From Obrimoposthia wandeli (lineage: Eukaryota): DNA of 64,000 bases. The notes beneath the pieces were generated by a model that worked only from the letters and a program-made list of their open reading frames with translations, had not been told where the DNA came from and did not search any database. Shown here piece after piece: positions 19,107 to 30,574 of the stretch (positions within the stretch are counted from its first letter, which is position 1; each line of letters begins with the position of its first letter). Both the position numbers and the translations under genes were made by a program. The stretch lies in contig CDROCS010003914.1 in assembly GCA_977020255.1 (NCBI GenBank), positions 248,001-312,000 on the forward strand, in the 5' to 3' direction.

Positions 19107-20777
19107 TTAAAGGGAAACGCCGAGCATTTCTTTGGCGTGATCTAAAGTGCGCTGAGTAATGTCGACCCCTCCCAGCATGCGCGCAATTTCTTTAATACGC
19201 ACGTTAGTGTCTATTGTTTGTACTTGCGTGTGAGTCTTGTCACTATCAGATTTTTTGCTCACGTATAAATGTTGGTGTCCTTGGGAGGCCACTTGCGGCT
19301 GATGGGTGATGCATAGTATTTGGCTCTTTTCGCCGAGTTCGCGTAGCAACCTGCCTACAACTTCGGCAATAGCTCCGCCGATACCCACATCAACTTCATC
19401 GAACATTAGTGTTGCTGTAGGGTTGCTTTGCGCAGTGACAACCTGGATAGCCAAGCTGATACGGGATAATTCACCCCCTGATGCTATTTTTACAAGTGGC
19501 TTGGCTTCTTGGCCTTTGTTGGTTTTAATGATGAATTCAATTTCTTCCAGGCCGTTAGCATTTGGTTGCTCTTGTGGATATGGTATTAAACTAACGATGA
19601 ATTCTGCATCTGGCATCCCTAGCATATTTAACTGGGCGTTAATTTGCTTGTTAAGGCCTTTAGCCGCTACGGTACGTTGTTTGCTTAGTTTTTTTGCAAA
19701 ACGCATAAAATGTTGCTGGGCTTTATCAACTTCGATTGCGAGTTTGTCGATTGCTGCGTCAGAGCCGTTTATCATAGTGAGTTCTTGAATTAAATTGGCA
19801 TGTAGGCTCACTAATTCATTGGGCTCAACTTTGTGCTTGCGCGCTAAGTTAAAAATGGTGGAAAGGCGTTCTTCTACTTCTTGAAGGCGATGCGGATTTA
19901 TTTCAATATTATTTAAATAATGGCGTATTTCGTTGCCTGCTTCTTCTACTTGGATTAGTGCGGAATTTAATAATTCATCAACTTGGGTGACACGGCTGTT
20001 TTGTTGAGGGAGTAGTGAATGCATCTGTAAGCACTTATTCAGCATTTGTTGAATTTGCTGATGTTCGTCTTCATCAATTAAATTGAGTAGCTGTCGGCCG
20101 TTGTGAAGTATATCTGTTGCTTGGCTTAGATCTTTTTGTTCGTTTTCAAGATCAATGACTTCATCAGTTTGTAGGCCGAGTAAATCTAATTCTTCGACTT
20201 GATAGCTTAATAATTGTACTTTTGCTTGCAGTTCTGAACTTTGAGTTGTTAATTGCAATAAAGATTTATTCAGTTGGCGGTACTTCTTGTAGTGAATTAC
20301 GGTATCGGCTTGTAAGCGGTTATGATCTGCAAAATTATCTAATAGCACGCGGTGGTGTTCTTTTTGCATCAGGCTTTGATGTTCGTGCTGGCCGTGAATC
20401 GCGACTAAAAAAATAGCGAGTTCTCGCTGTGAGCTTAAGGGGCAGTTACGGCCATTAATAAAACTGCGAGAACGTCCTTCAGCGGTAATAATACGGCGTA
20501 AAATGCATTCTCCGTCTTGGCTCAGTTCATGGGCATCTAGCCAGGCTTGAGCACGAGGCAAGCAATCAATATCAAAATTGGCGATGATTTCAGCTTTCTT
20601 TGCGCCGGCTCTCACTGCTCCACTATCAGCTCTACCTCCCAGGGTAAGTTGTAAGGCATCAATCATAATAGATTTACCTGCGCCTGTTTCACCGCTGACA
20701 ACTGTCATGCCTTTCTCTAGCTCTAATTCTAGGCTTTCAACGATGGCAAAATTGCGAATACTAAGATGTGTAAGCAT
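19107..20777 (-). CDS. recN: DNA repair protein RecN
   Basis: SGETGAGKS; ASGGELSRISLAI; FDEVDVGIGG; CITHQPQVA. Confidence 0.97.
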   Translation of the reverse strand: MLTHLSIRNFAIVESLELELEKGMTVVSGETGAGKSIMIDALQLTLGGRADSGAVRAGAKKAEIIANFDIDCLPRAQAWLDAHELSQDGECILRRIITAEGRSRSFINGRNCPLSSQRELAIFLVAIHGQHEHQSLMQKEHHRVLLDNFADHNRLQADTVIHYKKYRQLNKSLLQLTTQSSELQAKVQLLSYQVEELDLLGLQTDEVIDLENEQKDLSQATDILHNGRQLLNLIDEDEHQQIQQMLNKCLQMHSLLPQQNSRVTQVDELLNSALIQVEEAGNEIRHYLNNIEINPHRLQEVEERLSTIFNLARKHKVEPNELVSLHANLIQELTMINGSDAAIDKLAIEVDKAQQHFMRFAKKLSKQRTVAAKGLNKQINAQLNMLGMPDAEFIVSLIPYPQEQPNANGLEEIEFIIKTNKGQEAKPLVKIASGGELSRISLAIQVVTAQSNPTATLMFDEVDVGIGGAIAEVVGRLLRELGEKSQILCITHQPQVASQGHQHLYVSKKSDSDKTHTQVQTIDTNVRIKEIARMLGGVDITQRTLDHAKEMLGVSL

Positions 20778-20793
20778 AATTGGAACTCGATAT

Positions 20794-20809
20794 CTGATAA
20801 TTTATACAG
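20794..20809. promoter_or_regulatory. LexA (SOS) box upstream of recN
   Basis: CTG-ataatttata-CAG (CTG-N10-CAG) just upstream of recN, a known SOS gene. Confidence 0.8.
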
Positions 20810-21093
20810 TACTTTATAGAGTGTTTTTTAGGCGCTGGCAAGTGTTTTTTTATTAGCTATCGAAAATGCGCTGTATTTAGATAGCTAATGAAGCTCGATG
20901 ATTAAATGCACTAATCGTGAAAAATTTTGAATTTCAATGCAATCTCAGTAAATGGCTATCCCTGGTTTATTTAAATCATCCGATAGGCGCTATTAAGCGG
21001 GTTTTAAAAGGTTATCAGCGTCAATAATTACATTTACTTAACGGCCTAGGTCTATATTAAGTAAAAAGTGTAGCAGCTTTTTTTATCAAAACA

Positions 21094-21119
21094 CTTGAAG
21101 AGCTTTGCCATATCCCCAT
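21094..21119 (+). promoter_or_regulatory. sigma32 heat-shock promoter of grpE
   Basis: CTTGAA-N14-CCCCAT. Confidence 0.85.
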
Positions 21120-21181
21120 ATACAAAACAAATACAAATTAGCACTCTATTTAGATTGAAAATATAGAACGCGGAGAAAAGC

Positions 21182-21811
21182 ATGAGCGATCAGCAAGACA
21201 AGCCAGCAAATACAGCAGACGAAGATATTATCAACCCAGTTGATAGCGAGCAGACAGGTAATGCTGAAGCGCCCAAAACTGTTAATGAGGAGTTAGTAGA
21301 AGCGATTGATGCAGAATTTATTGCAAAAGAAGCTGATCCGTTAGCAGGACTGGATATGATTAAACAGCTAAGCGAAGCACAAGCTGAAATTGCTAATCTA
21401 AAAGATCAAATGTTACGTATTGTCGCCGATGCACAAAATACTAAACGCCGTGCTGAGCAAGATGTTACTAAAGCACATAAGTTTGGCACAGAGAAGTTTG
21501 CTAACGAAATGCTACCTATAGTTGATTCTTTGGCGATGGCATTGTTAAGCAATGCTGATGATGAAGCATCTAAAGGGATTAAAGAAGGTGTTGAAATGAC
21601 ACTGAATATGCTTATTACAGCACTAGAAAAATTTAATGTCGTGCAAGTTGATCCGCAAGCAGGCGATGTTTTTGATCCTTCTATACATCAAGCCATGTCA
21701 ATGATTGATGGTGGAGAAATTGCAAGTAACAGTGTTGTTGCTGCAATGCAAAAAGGCTTTACCATAAACGGTCGGTTATTGCGCCCTGCCATGGTCATGG
21801 TCGCTAAGTAA
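21182..21811 (+). CDS. grpE: Nucleotide exchange factor GrpE
   Basis: LRIVADAQNTKRR; FDPSIHQAM; QKGFTINGRLLRPAMVMVAK. Confidence 0.97.
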   Translation: MSDQQDKPANTADEDIINPVDSEQTGNAEAPKTVNEELVEAIDAEFIAKEADPLAGLDMIKQLSEAQAEIANLKDQMLRIVADAQNTKRRAEQDVTKAHKFGTEKFANEMLPIVDSLAMALLSNADDEASKGIKEGVEMTLNMLITALEKFNVVQVDPQAGDVFDPSIHQAMSMIDGGEIASNSVVAAMQKGFTINGRLLRPAMVMVAK

Positions 21812-21966
21812 ACTTGCGATAGCATTTTTAAAAGGTGTTTCTGGGCATATAAAACTGTTTTCATACTTCTATATCTAGAGATTGCTAAATAGTTAGTGCC
21901 GGAAATAGTTAAGATCTGAATTGAGTTAAAAAAACTTGAAAAAGTTGCAGATCATCTCGAAAAGTA

Positions 21967-21992
21967 CTTGAAATAGCTTAATTCGTATCCAT
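21967..21992 (+). promoter_or_regulatory. sigma32 promoter of dnaK
   Basis: CTTGAA-N14-ATCCAT. Confidence 0.7.
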
Positions 21993-22056
21993 ATACAGGT
22001 TAAGCGGTCAGAACAGAATTAAGCACAGCCTGAGGGCGTGCAATTGGAGAGAAATA

Positions 22057-23991
22057 ATGGGCAGAATAATTGGTATCGATTTAGGAACAACTAACTCTTG
22101 TGTTGCGGTTTTAGATGGCGGTAGCGCCAAAGTAATAGAGAACGCAGAGGGTGATCGTACTACCCCTTCGATCATCGCATACACTGATGATAATGAAATT
22201 TTAGTAGGCCAGCCTGCTAAACGTCAATCGGTTACTAACCCTGTTAACACTTTATTTGCTATCAAGCGTTTAATTGGACGTCAATTTAAAGATAAAGTTG
22301 TTCAAAAAGATATTAAAATGGTTCCTTACAAAATCGTAGCAGCTGATAACGGCGATGCTTGGGTTTCAGTAAGAGAGAACAAATTAGCAGCACCACAAAT
22401 AGCCGCTGAAATCTTGAAAAAGATGAAGAAAACAGCCGAAGACTATCTAGGTGAAAGTGTTACTGAAGCGGTAATTACCGTTCCAGCATATTTCAACGAT
22501 GCACAGCGTCAAGCAACTAAAGATGCGGGCCGTATTGCTGGTTTAGAAGTTAAGCGTATTATCAATGAGCCGACAGCCGCAGCACTTGCTTACGGTATGG
22601 ACAAGTCTAAAGGCGATAAAACAATTGCTGTATACGATCTAGGTGGTGGTACTTTTGATATCTCTATCATTGAGATTGCAGAAGTTGATGGTGAGCACCA
22701 GTTTGAAGTATTAGCGACAAATGGTGATACTTTCTTAGGTGGTGAAGATTTTGACTTACGTTTAATTGAATTTTTGTCAGGTGAGTTCAAGAAAGATACA
22801 GGTATCGATTTACACACAGATCCTCTGGCTCTCCAGCGTCTAAAAGAAGCTGCTGAAAAAGCAAAAGTTGAGCTTTCATCAGCGCAACATACAGATGTTA
22901 ATCTACCTTACATCACAGCAGATGCGACAGGCCCTAAGCATTTAAATGTTAAGTTAACACGCGCTAAATTAGAGTCATTAGTTGAAGATTTGGTTAAAGC
23001 GACTATTGCACCTTGTAAGCAAGCTTTAGAAGATGCTGATTTGAGTGCTTCTGAAATTGACGAAGTAATCTTGGTGGGTGGTCAAACACGTATGCCAATG
23101 GTTCAAGCACAAGTCGCTGAGTTCTTCGGTAAAGATCCTCGTAAAGATGTTAACCCTGATGAAGCAGTTGCGGTTGGCGCGTCTATTCAAGGTGCAGTAC
23201 TTTCTGGTGATGTTAAAGACGTACTATTACTAGATGTTACGCCATTAACTTTAGGTATCGAAACAGCCGGCGGTGTTGCTACTGCTCTTATCGAGAAGAA
23301 CACCACTATACCGACTAAAAAGTCTCAAGTATTCTCAACTTATGAAGATAACCAGTCAGCGGTAACTATTCATGTAATTCAAGGTGAGCGTAAGCAAGCT
23401 AACTTGAATAAGTCGCTAGGTCGTTTTGATTTACAAGAAATTCCATCAGCACCACGTGGTATGCCGCAAATTGAAGTTGCTTTCGATTTAGATGCTAACG
23501 GTATCTTAAACGTATCTGCTAAAGATAAAGCGACGGGTAAAGAGCAATCTATCGTAATCAAAGCTTCTTCAGGTTTATCTGATGAAGAGATCGATGCAAT
23601 GGTAGCGGATGCTGAAGCGAATGCTGAAGAAGATAAGAAATTCGAAGAGTTAACCGCTGCTCGTAACCAAGGCGATGCCATGGTTCACTCTGCTAAGAAA
23701 GCTCTAGAAGAAGCTGGCGAAGCGGCCGGTGCTGATGAGAAATCAGCTATTGAAGGCGCTATCGAAGCTTTAGAAGCTTCTTTAAAAGCAGATGATAAAG
23801 AAGAGATCGAAGCGAAAACAGCTGCGTTAACAGAAGCGATGGGTCCATTAGCTGAAAAAATGCAAGCACAAGCTCAAGCAGGTGCTGCTGCAGAAAGTGA
23901 ACCAGCGCAAGCAGGCGATGATGCTGTTGATGCTGAATTTGAAGAAGTTAAAGAAGCAGACGTAGTAGAAGAAGCAAACGAAAAGAAATAA
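22057..23991 (+). CDS. dnaK: Chaperone DnaK
   Basis: [12 protein letters not shown]; DLGGGTFD; full-length Hsp70. Confidence 0.99.
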   Translation: MGRIIGIDLGTTNSCVAVLDGGSAKVIENAEGDRTTPSIIAYTDDNEILVGQPAKRQSVTNPVNTLFAIKRLIGRQFKDKVVQKDIKMVPYKIVAADNGDAWVSVRENKLAAPQIAAEILKKMKKTAEDYLGESVTEAVITVPAYFNDAQRQATKDAGRIAGLEVKRIINEPTAAALAYGMDKSKGDKTIAVYDLGGGTFDISIIEIAEVDGEHQFEVLATNGDTFLGGEDFDLRLIEFLSGEFKKDTGIDLHTDPLALQRLKEAAEKAKVELSSAQHTDVNLPYITADATGPKHLNVKLTRAKLESLVEDLVKATIAPCKQALEDADLSASEIDEVILVGGQTRMPMVQAQVAEFFGKDPRKDVNPDEAVAVGASIQGAVLSGDVKDVLLLDVTPLTLGIETAGGVATALIEKNTTIPTKKSQVFSTYEDNQSAVTIHVIQGERKQANLNKSLGRFDLQEIPSAPRGMPQIEVAFDLDANGILNVSAKDKATGKEQSIVIKASSGLSDEEIDAMVADAEANAEEDKKFEELTAARNQGDAMVHSAKKALEEAGEAAGADEKSAIEGAIEALEASLKADDKEEIEAKTAALTEAMGPLAEKMQAQAQAGAAAESEPAQAGDDAVDAEFEEVKEADVVEEANEKK

Positions 23992-24178
23992 TAATGGCTT
24001 ATTCATAAGTTATTAGGCGAGGTATAATGCTCGCCGTATCTTTTTATCTTAAGCCTCTGCTCAATTATATTGTCAGGGGCTTATCGCGTTATTGCCAAGC
24101 TTAAAACCGCCACAATAATTATTTAGTGTTCGTATATTAAATATTTGATCATTAAATAATGCCAATCAGAGTTAGAAT

Positions 24179-25300
24179 ATGTCAAAGCAAGATTACTATG
24201 AAATCCTTGGTGTAGATAAAAACGCCAGTGATCGTGATATTAAAAAGGCTTACCGTCGCCAGGCGATGAAGTTTCACCCAGATCGCAATCCTGGTGACGC
24301 TGAAGCTGAAGCTAAATTTAAAGAATTAAATGAAGCTAATGAGGTTTTATCTGATTCACAAAAACGCGGTGCTTACGATCAATACGGACATGCAGGTCTT
24401 GAGCAAGGCATGGGCGGAGGACGTGGAGGACAGCAAGGTTTTGGTGATGTTTTTGGTGACGTATTCGGCGATATTTTTGGTGGCGGTGGTGGAGGTGGGC
24501 GTCAAAGTTCAGTTCAACGTGGTGCTGATTTAAGATACACCATGTCACTTTCCTTAGAAGAAGCCATACGCGGTGTCGAAAAAACTATCAAAGTAAATAC
24601 TTTGGTAGGTTGTGAGCCTTGTGATGGCAGTGGCGCAAAACCAGGTACAAGCAGTACTGCTTGCCAAACTTGCGGTGGTGTTGGCCAAGTACGTATGCAG
24701 CAAGGGTTTTTCTCTGTGCAGCAAACTTGTCCTAGCTGTCGTGGTGAAGGGCGTACCATTAGTGATCCTTGTACAAGTTGTCGTGGCCAAGGTCGTGTTA
24801 ACAAAGATAAGAAATTATCAGTTAAAATTCCAGCGGGAGTAGACACTGGCGATAGAGTTAGGCTAACTGGTGAAGGTGAAGCGGGCGCTAACGGTGGCCC
24901 TGCCGGTGATCTATACGTGCAAGTAGATGTCAAAGCACATGATATTTTTGAAAGAGATGGTAGTCATTTGTATTGTGAAGTGCCGATTTCTTTCCATGAT
25001 GCAGCTTTAGGTGGTCAGCTAGAAGTGCCAACTTTAGATGGACGTGTGAAGTTGAAAATCCCTGCAGAAACGCAAACAGGTAAAATGTTTAGGTTGCGAG
25101 CCAAGGGGGTTACGCCAGTTCGCGGTGGCGGTGTAGGTGATTTAATGGTTAAAGTTTTGGTAGAAACGCCAGTTAATTTAAATAGCCGTCAAAAAGAACT
25201 ATTACGTGAGTTTCAAGACACGACAGATGAGGGGCAGAAAAAGCACAGCCCCAAAAAGCAGTCCTTTTTTGACTCGGTAAAAAAACTTTTCGAAGATTAG
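24179..25300 (+). CDS. dnaJ: Chaperone DnaJ
   Basis: J-domain HPD, G/F region, four CxxCxGxG repeats. Confidence 0.99.
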   Translation: MSKQDYYEILGVDKNASDRDIKKAYRRQAMKFHPDRNPGDAEAEAKFKELNEANEVLSDSQKRGAYDQYGHAGLEQGMGGGRGGQQGFGDVFGDVFGDIFGGGGGGGRQSSVQRGADLRYTMSLSLEEAIRGVEKTIKVNTLVGCEPCDGSGAKPGTSSTACQTCGGVGQVRMQQGFFSVQQTCPSCRGEGRTISDPCTSCRGQGRVNKDKKLSVKIPAGVDTGDRVRLTGEGEAGANGGPAGDLYVQVDVKAHDIFERDGSHLYCEVPISFHDAALGGQLEVPTLDGRVKLKIPAETQTGKMFRLRAKGVTPVRGGGVGDLMVKVLVETPVNLNSRQKELLREFQDTTDEGQKKHSPKKQSFFDSVKKLFED

Positions 25301-25311
25301 TTAAAATGAAT

Positions 25312-25336
25312 AAAAGGCCGCTTAGCGGCCTTTTTT
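25312..25336 (+). terminator. Terminator after dnaJ
   Basis: aaaaggccgc-tta-gcggcctttttt. Confidence 0.85.
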
Positions 25337-25404
25337 GATGCTAGATCTGTATAATATTTTCTGTGTATATGCTTGAAACAACTATTTGTAAGTTAGGTAT
25401 TAAT

Positions 25405-26193
25405 ATGGGTAATTTAGAAGCAACACCTGAACAGTTATGGTGTGTAATCCAAGAAGAGGCTCGCGCTGAAATGATTGACGAGCCAATGCTGGCTAGTTTT
25501 TATCATTCGAGTGTCATTAATCATTCTACCATTAAATCGGCTTTGTCGTTTTTGCTGGCGATGAAATTGTCTGATGATGTTATGTCTCCGGTGTTGTTAC
25601 GTGAAATTTTAGAGCAGGCAATGCAAGCAGAGCCCAGTATGTTAAATTCTGCTTGCATGGATTTAATTGCGGTTCGCAATAGAGATCCTGCCGTTGAGCG
25701 TAGCTTGAATGTACTGCTTTATTTAAAAGGCTTTCAAGCATTGCAAGCACATAGAGTGGCACATTGGATGTGGCAAAATAACCGACGTTCTATGGCGTTA
25801 TATATTCAACATCGCGTGAGTTCAGTGTTTCAAGTTGATATTCATCCAGCAGCTAAAATAGGTTGCGGTGTAATGTTTGATCATGCAACTGGCATTGTAA
25901 TTGGCGAAACCTGCGTGATTGAAAATGATGTATCTATTTTACAAGGTGTTACTTTAGGCGGTACTGGTAATGAGAGTGGCGATCGGCATCCTAAAGTACG
26001 CGAAGGTGTAATGATTGGCGCAGGTGCTAAGATTTTTGGTAACATAGAGGTTGGTAAAGGGTCGAAGGTGGGTGGCGGAAGTGTGGTCGTCAATGATGTA
26101 CCTGCTTGTAAAACAGTTGTGGGTGTACCGGCAAAAGTTGTTGGTTCTTCTGGCTGTGATAAGCCTGCTTTAAATATGGATCAGCAGCTATAG
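25405..26193 (+). CDS. cysE: Serine O-acetyltransferase
   Basis: DPAV; KGFQALQAHRVAH; DIHPAAKIG; DHATGIVIGET; RHPKV. Confidence 0.95.
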   Translation: MGNLEATPEQLWCVIQEEARAEMIDEPMLASFYHSSVINHSTIKSALSFLLAMKLSDDVMSPVLLREILEQAMQAEPSMLNSACMDLIAVRNRDPAVERSLNVLLYLKGFQALQAHRVAHWMWQNNRRSMALYIQHRVSSVFQVDIHPAAKIGCGVMFDHATGIVIGETCVIENDVSILQGVTLGGTGNESGDRHPKVREGVMIGAGAKIFGNIEVGKGSKVGGGSVVVNDVPACKTVVGVPAKVVGSSGCDKPALNMDQQL

Positions 26194-27024
<831 letters not shown>

Positions 27025-27181
27025 TACCATTAGTTTTGCTTAGGATTCGAGCAAGTTGTTTGGATTAATGTGTCAAATATAGAGCTATTTCATTCATCTA
27101 GGTTTATTATTTATATAAATGAGTTAGAGCAAACACTTAAAAAGTGTTTTTGATTTTTTTAAACGATTACAGGAGTTAAAA

Positions 27182-27571
27182 ATGGCTGTGGAAAAATTTC
27201 CCGCTCTAGTAGAGATGGGTTTTGAAGATCCAAGTGACATCGATCGTTACGTTATACGTATTGAAGGTGATGTTGATATTTTAAAAGTTTATCATCGTCG
27301 TCATCAAGGCGAGTGGATGAATAAAAGTAAGAAATTTAAATTTAAGCGCTTACATAAGAAACTGCGTGTAAATGAAGGTCTTACTGCTTATCGTGATACA
27401 ACAGAGTCATCTCCTTTCTTTTTGAAAGCGGTAGGTGAACTTGATAAAATAGTTGCTGGTGAGAAAACTAGTAAAGCTAAGAAAGAAGATATCTTAGAAG
27501 AAATGGAACACCTAAATAAGGTTGTTTCACGTAAGATTGAAGATCTTAGACGACAGATTGAAGAGTTATAA
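27182..27571 (+). CDS. DUF3461 (YaeH-like) family protein
   Basis: MG..DPSDIDRY.IR.EG.VDILKVY..KSKKFKF pattern; coiled-coil C-terminus. Confidence 0.7.
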   Translation: MAVEKFPALVEMGFEDPSDIDRYVIRIEGDVDILKVYHRRHQGEWMNKSKKFKFKRLHKKLRVNEGLTAYRDTTESSPFFLKAVGELDKIVAGEKTSKAKKEDILEEMEHLNKVVSRKIEDLRRQIEEL

Positions 27572-27763
27572 TAGAGTTTAACCAAGCGCACAAGCGTTTA
27601 TTTGAGTCTATATTTTATTAAAACACTTGTTGGTCTTAAGATTGCAGGTGTTTTTTTTCAACTGTGATATTTGGCCATTATTGAATCAATCAACTTTGCG
27701 ATGATGAGTATTTAATTTTGAAGAGGTGCAAAGTAGTTATTAAAATATGACTATGAATTATCA

Positions 27764-28345
27764 ATGTTAGATTTAATAAAGAAACGATTAGTTAATCATA
27801 AACCCCGATTGCTTGATTTAGATCTGCAAGAAGCAGGTGTTTTAATCGCCATTACTGATGAAGTTGAACCTAAGGTGGTATTAACTAAAAGAGCGTTTCA
27901 ATTATCTAGCCATGGTGGGGAAATAGCCTTCCCTGGTGGCAAGCGTGATGATACAGACACTGATATTATATTTACTGCATTGCGTGAAGCAGAGGAAGAA
28001 ATTGACTTAAATCCCGATAAAGTACAAGTTATTTGCAGTATGGATGACAATATTTCGCTACATAAACTAAAGGTTTCTACTTGTGTCGGGGTTATTGCAG
28101 CAGATATTGAATTGAGTGCGAATCCGGACGAGTTGGAATGCCTTTTCAAAGTTCCGCTTAAATTTTTTCTCGATAATAATAATCGATCAGATCATCAGCC
28201 CCAATACCAAATGAAAGCAAAGTATGCGCCCTGTTTTGTTTTTAAAGGACATTTAATTTGGGGGTTGACATCTTATATTTTGATGGATTTTTTGAATGTT
28301 GCGTTAGATGCTAATATTCAATTGAAAACTCGCCCGAGACACTAG
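27764..28345 (+). CDS. Nudix CoA pyrophosphatase (NudL/PCD1-like)
   Basis: LTKRA..LSSHGGEIAFPGGK; TALREAEEEI Nudix box; IWGLT. Confidence 0.88.
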   Translation: MLDLIKKRLVNHKPRLLDLDLQEAGVLIAITDEVEPKVVLTKRAFQLSSHGGEIAFPGGKRDDTDTDIIFTALREAEEEIDLNPDKVQVICSMDDNISLHKLKVSTCVGVIAADIELSANPDELECLFKVPLKFFLDNNNRSDHQPQYQMKAKYAPCFVFKGHLIWGLTSYILMDFLNVALDANIQLKTRPRH

Positions 28346-28760
28346 CCATTTATGTAACTCTTAGCCTTCCCAATAGTTTTATGTTCTACATATGTAAATC
28401 CAACTTTTCTAGTGGCATCTGTATAATTTGATAATCGGACGTTGGGTATTGATGAATATATAAATATATTTTTGTTTCATCTGCGTATTGCTGGTGATTG
28501 AGGAAAGTAATCTATAACCATGTTAGTAATATATAGAAAAGTATTAATGATAGTTTCAGATGAAAAATTCAGGCCATAAAAATTGATAATTGAAAGTGGT
28601 GTATGCACAGCGAAGCCGGGATGTTAACTATTATTAATATCATGAGGTTTGGGCTGTTTGAAAGCTATGCTTAAAAAATGCGCTTAAAGCGTGTATATTT
28701 AAGCTAGATTGATCAACGATTGTTTAATCTTTGATTAAGAATGAGTTTCTTAAATAACTC

Positions 28761-28909
28761 CATTGCTGTCCGATTAAAAAGAGTAAGCTCTCTAACTTAT
28801 TGATTTGTGTTCTTCTAGCACGGTTAATTGGACTTTCAGCCAATTAATACTTATAGCTAAAGTAAACCAATCAGTTAAAGAACAACACAAATTAAACCGG
28901 ACACTAATG
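28761..28909. mobile_element. ~150-bp MITE family B, copy 1
   Basis: TIRs cattgctgtccgattaa and ttaaaccggacactaatg; degenerate 9-bp TSD aaataactc/atataacta. Confidence 0.8.
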
Positions 28910-28954
28910 ATATAACTAACGAAAAACTAGTTTGTTTACTTTGGATAATGATTA

Positions 28955-30124
28955 ATGGATATTAAGAAATACTTGACTGAATTGGCGACTAAAGATGGAT
29001 CTGATTTATATCTGTCTACGGGAGCCTCGCCCTGTGCAAAATTTCAAGGCGAATTAATTCCATTAAGTGATGAAAAAGTAGCTGTGGGTGAAATCGAGAC
29101 TGTTGCGCGTGAACTCATGGATGATAAACAATGGGAAGTGTTTGAACAAGAATTGGAAATGAACATCGCAATTTCCATTGCACAAGTTGGACGCTTTCGG
29201 GTAAATATTTTCAAGCAGCGTAATCAGTTCGCTATCGTTGCGCGCAACATTAAAGGGGATATTCCAGCGTTAAGTGATTTAGGTTTACCTGAAAGCCTTA
29301 AAGAAGTTGTTATGAACAAGCGCGGTTTGATCCTTTTTGTTGGAGCAACGGGTTCCGGTAAATCCACTTCATTGGCCGCATTAATTGATCATAGGAATGC
29401 TAACTCTGGTGGTCATATCATCACAATTGAAGATCCCATAGAGTTTATTCATCGACACAAAAAATCGATAGTGAATCAACGAGAAGTAGGTGTAGATACG
29501 CGTAGTTTTCATAGTGCGCTGATTAACACTTTACGCCAAGCACCAGATGTTATCTTAATTGGTGAAATTCGTGATCGTGAAACCATGGAGCATTGTTTAA
29601 CTTTTTCGGAAACAGGTCATTTAGCTATATCCACTTTACATGCTAATAATGCTAACCAAGCTTTAGATCGAATTATTAACTTTTTTCCTGAAGATCGCCA
29701 GCAGCAAGTGTTAACGGATTTATCTTTAAATATAAAAGCTATTGTTTCCCAGCGTTTAGTTAAAACTTCAGATGGTAAGCGTACGGCCGCGATTGAAATT
29801 TTAATTAATACTTCAACGATACGTGACCTAATTGCTAAAGGTGATATTGACGGAATTAAGGAAATAATGAATAAATCGGAAAACTTGGGCATGAAGACTT
29901 TTGACTCTTCCTTGTATGAGCTCGCTAAATCCGGACGTATTAGTAATGAAGAGGCTTTAAGAAACGCTGATTCTGTAAATAATTTACGGTTACGCCTAAA
30001 ATTAGCGGATACTGATTCGCAGAAAATCAAACCGGAGAATAAGCGTCAAGCGAGTGAAGTTGAAGAGGTAAAGCATAAGGAAGTTAAGGTAGATCGCCCG
30101 GCAAGTAAGTTCGAATTATTATAA
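28955..30124 (+). CDS. PilT/PilU-family type IV pilus retraction ATPase (PilU-like)
   Basis: GATGSGKSTSLAA; ITIEDPIEF; LRQAPDVILIGEIRD; TLHANNANQALDRI. Confidence 0.9.
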   Translation: MDIKKYLTELATKDGSDLYLSTGASPCAKFQGELIPLSDEKVAVGEIETVARELMDDKQWEVFEQELEMNIAISIAQVGRFRVNIFKQRNQFAIVARNIKGDIPALSDLGLPESLKEVVMNKRGLILFVGATGSGKSTSLAALIDHRNANSGGHIITIEDPIEFIHRHKKSIVNQREVGVDTRSFHSALINTLRQAPDVILIGEIRDRETMEHCLTFSETGHLAISTLHANNANQALDRIINFFPEDRQQQVLTDLSLNIKAIVSQRLVKTSDGKRTAAIEILINTSTIRDLIAKGDIDGIKEIMNKSENLGMKTFDSSLYELAKSGRISNEEALRNADSVNNLRLRLKLADTDSQKIKPENKRQASEVEEVKHKEVKVDRPASKFELL

Positions 30125-30139
30125 TTTTTTGGAATATAA

Positions 30140-30547
30140 ATGAACGAAATAGCTGAACAGTTAAGAGAAAAAAATCAAGATAGATTCGGTTCTATTGAAT
30201 TACCAAATGAAGATGATTTAGTGGTTATTCAAGAGCAGCTGTTATTGCATTTACCTGCTGATTTAAAGGATTTTTTACTTAATGTAAGTGATGTGGCCTT
30301 CGGCTCTATACAGCCTGTTACCGCGACCGATGATTTTGCAGCAAGTCATTTGCCTGAGGTCGCCGCCGTTGCATGGGATCGCGGTTTGCCCCGTGAATTT
30401 ATTCCTATCTGTGAGTATTCAGAGGGCTATTACTATATTGCTGAAACAGGTTATATTAGCGTCTGGCTACCAAGAGTAGGTCTTGATGAGGATTTTCATT
30501 GGGATTCAATTTGGCATTGGTGTGAAGAGGTATGGTTAAAAAGCTAA
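30140..30547 (+). CDS. SMI1/KNR4-family protein
   Basis: LP.EDDLVVIQEQL...LP.DLKDFLL; FIPICE; W.SIWHWCEEVW. Confidence 0.75.
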   Translation: MNEIAEQLREKNQDRFGSIELPNEDDLVVIQEQLLLHLPADLKDFLLNVSDVAFGSIQPVTATDDFAASHLPEVAAVAWDRGLPREFIPICEYSEGYYYIAETGYISVWLPRVGLDEDFHWDSIWHWCEEVWLKS

Positions 30548-30574
30548 CGCTATTTAACCATTAGTAGAGCTATT

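Noticed and set aside
22020-22044. Hairpin in the dnaK leader resembling CIRCE
   Set aside because: Arms match only 6/9 each and the spacer is 7 rather than 9 bp.
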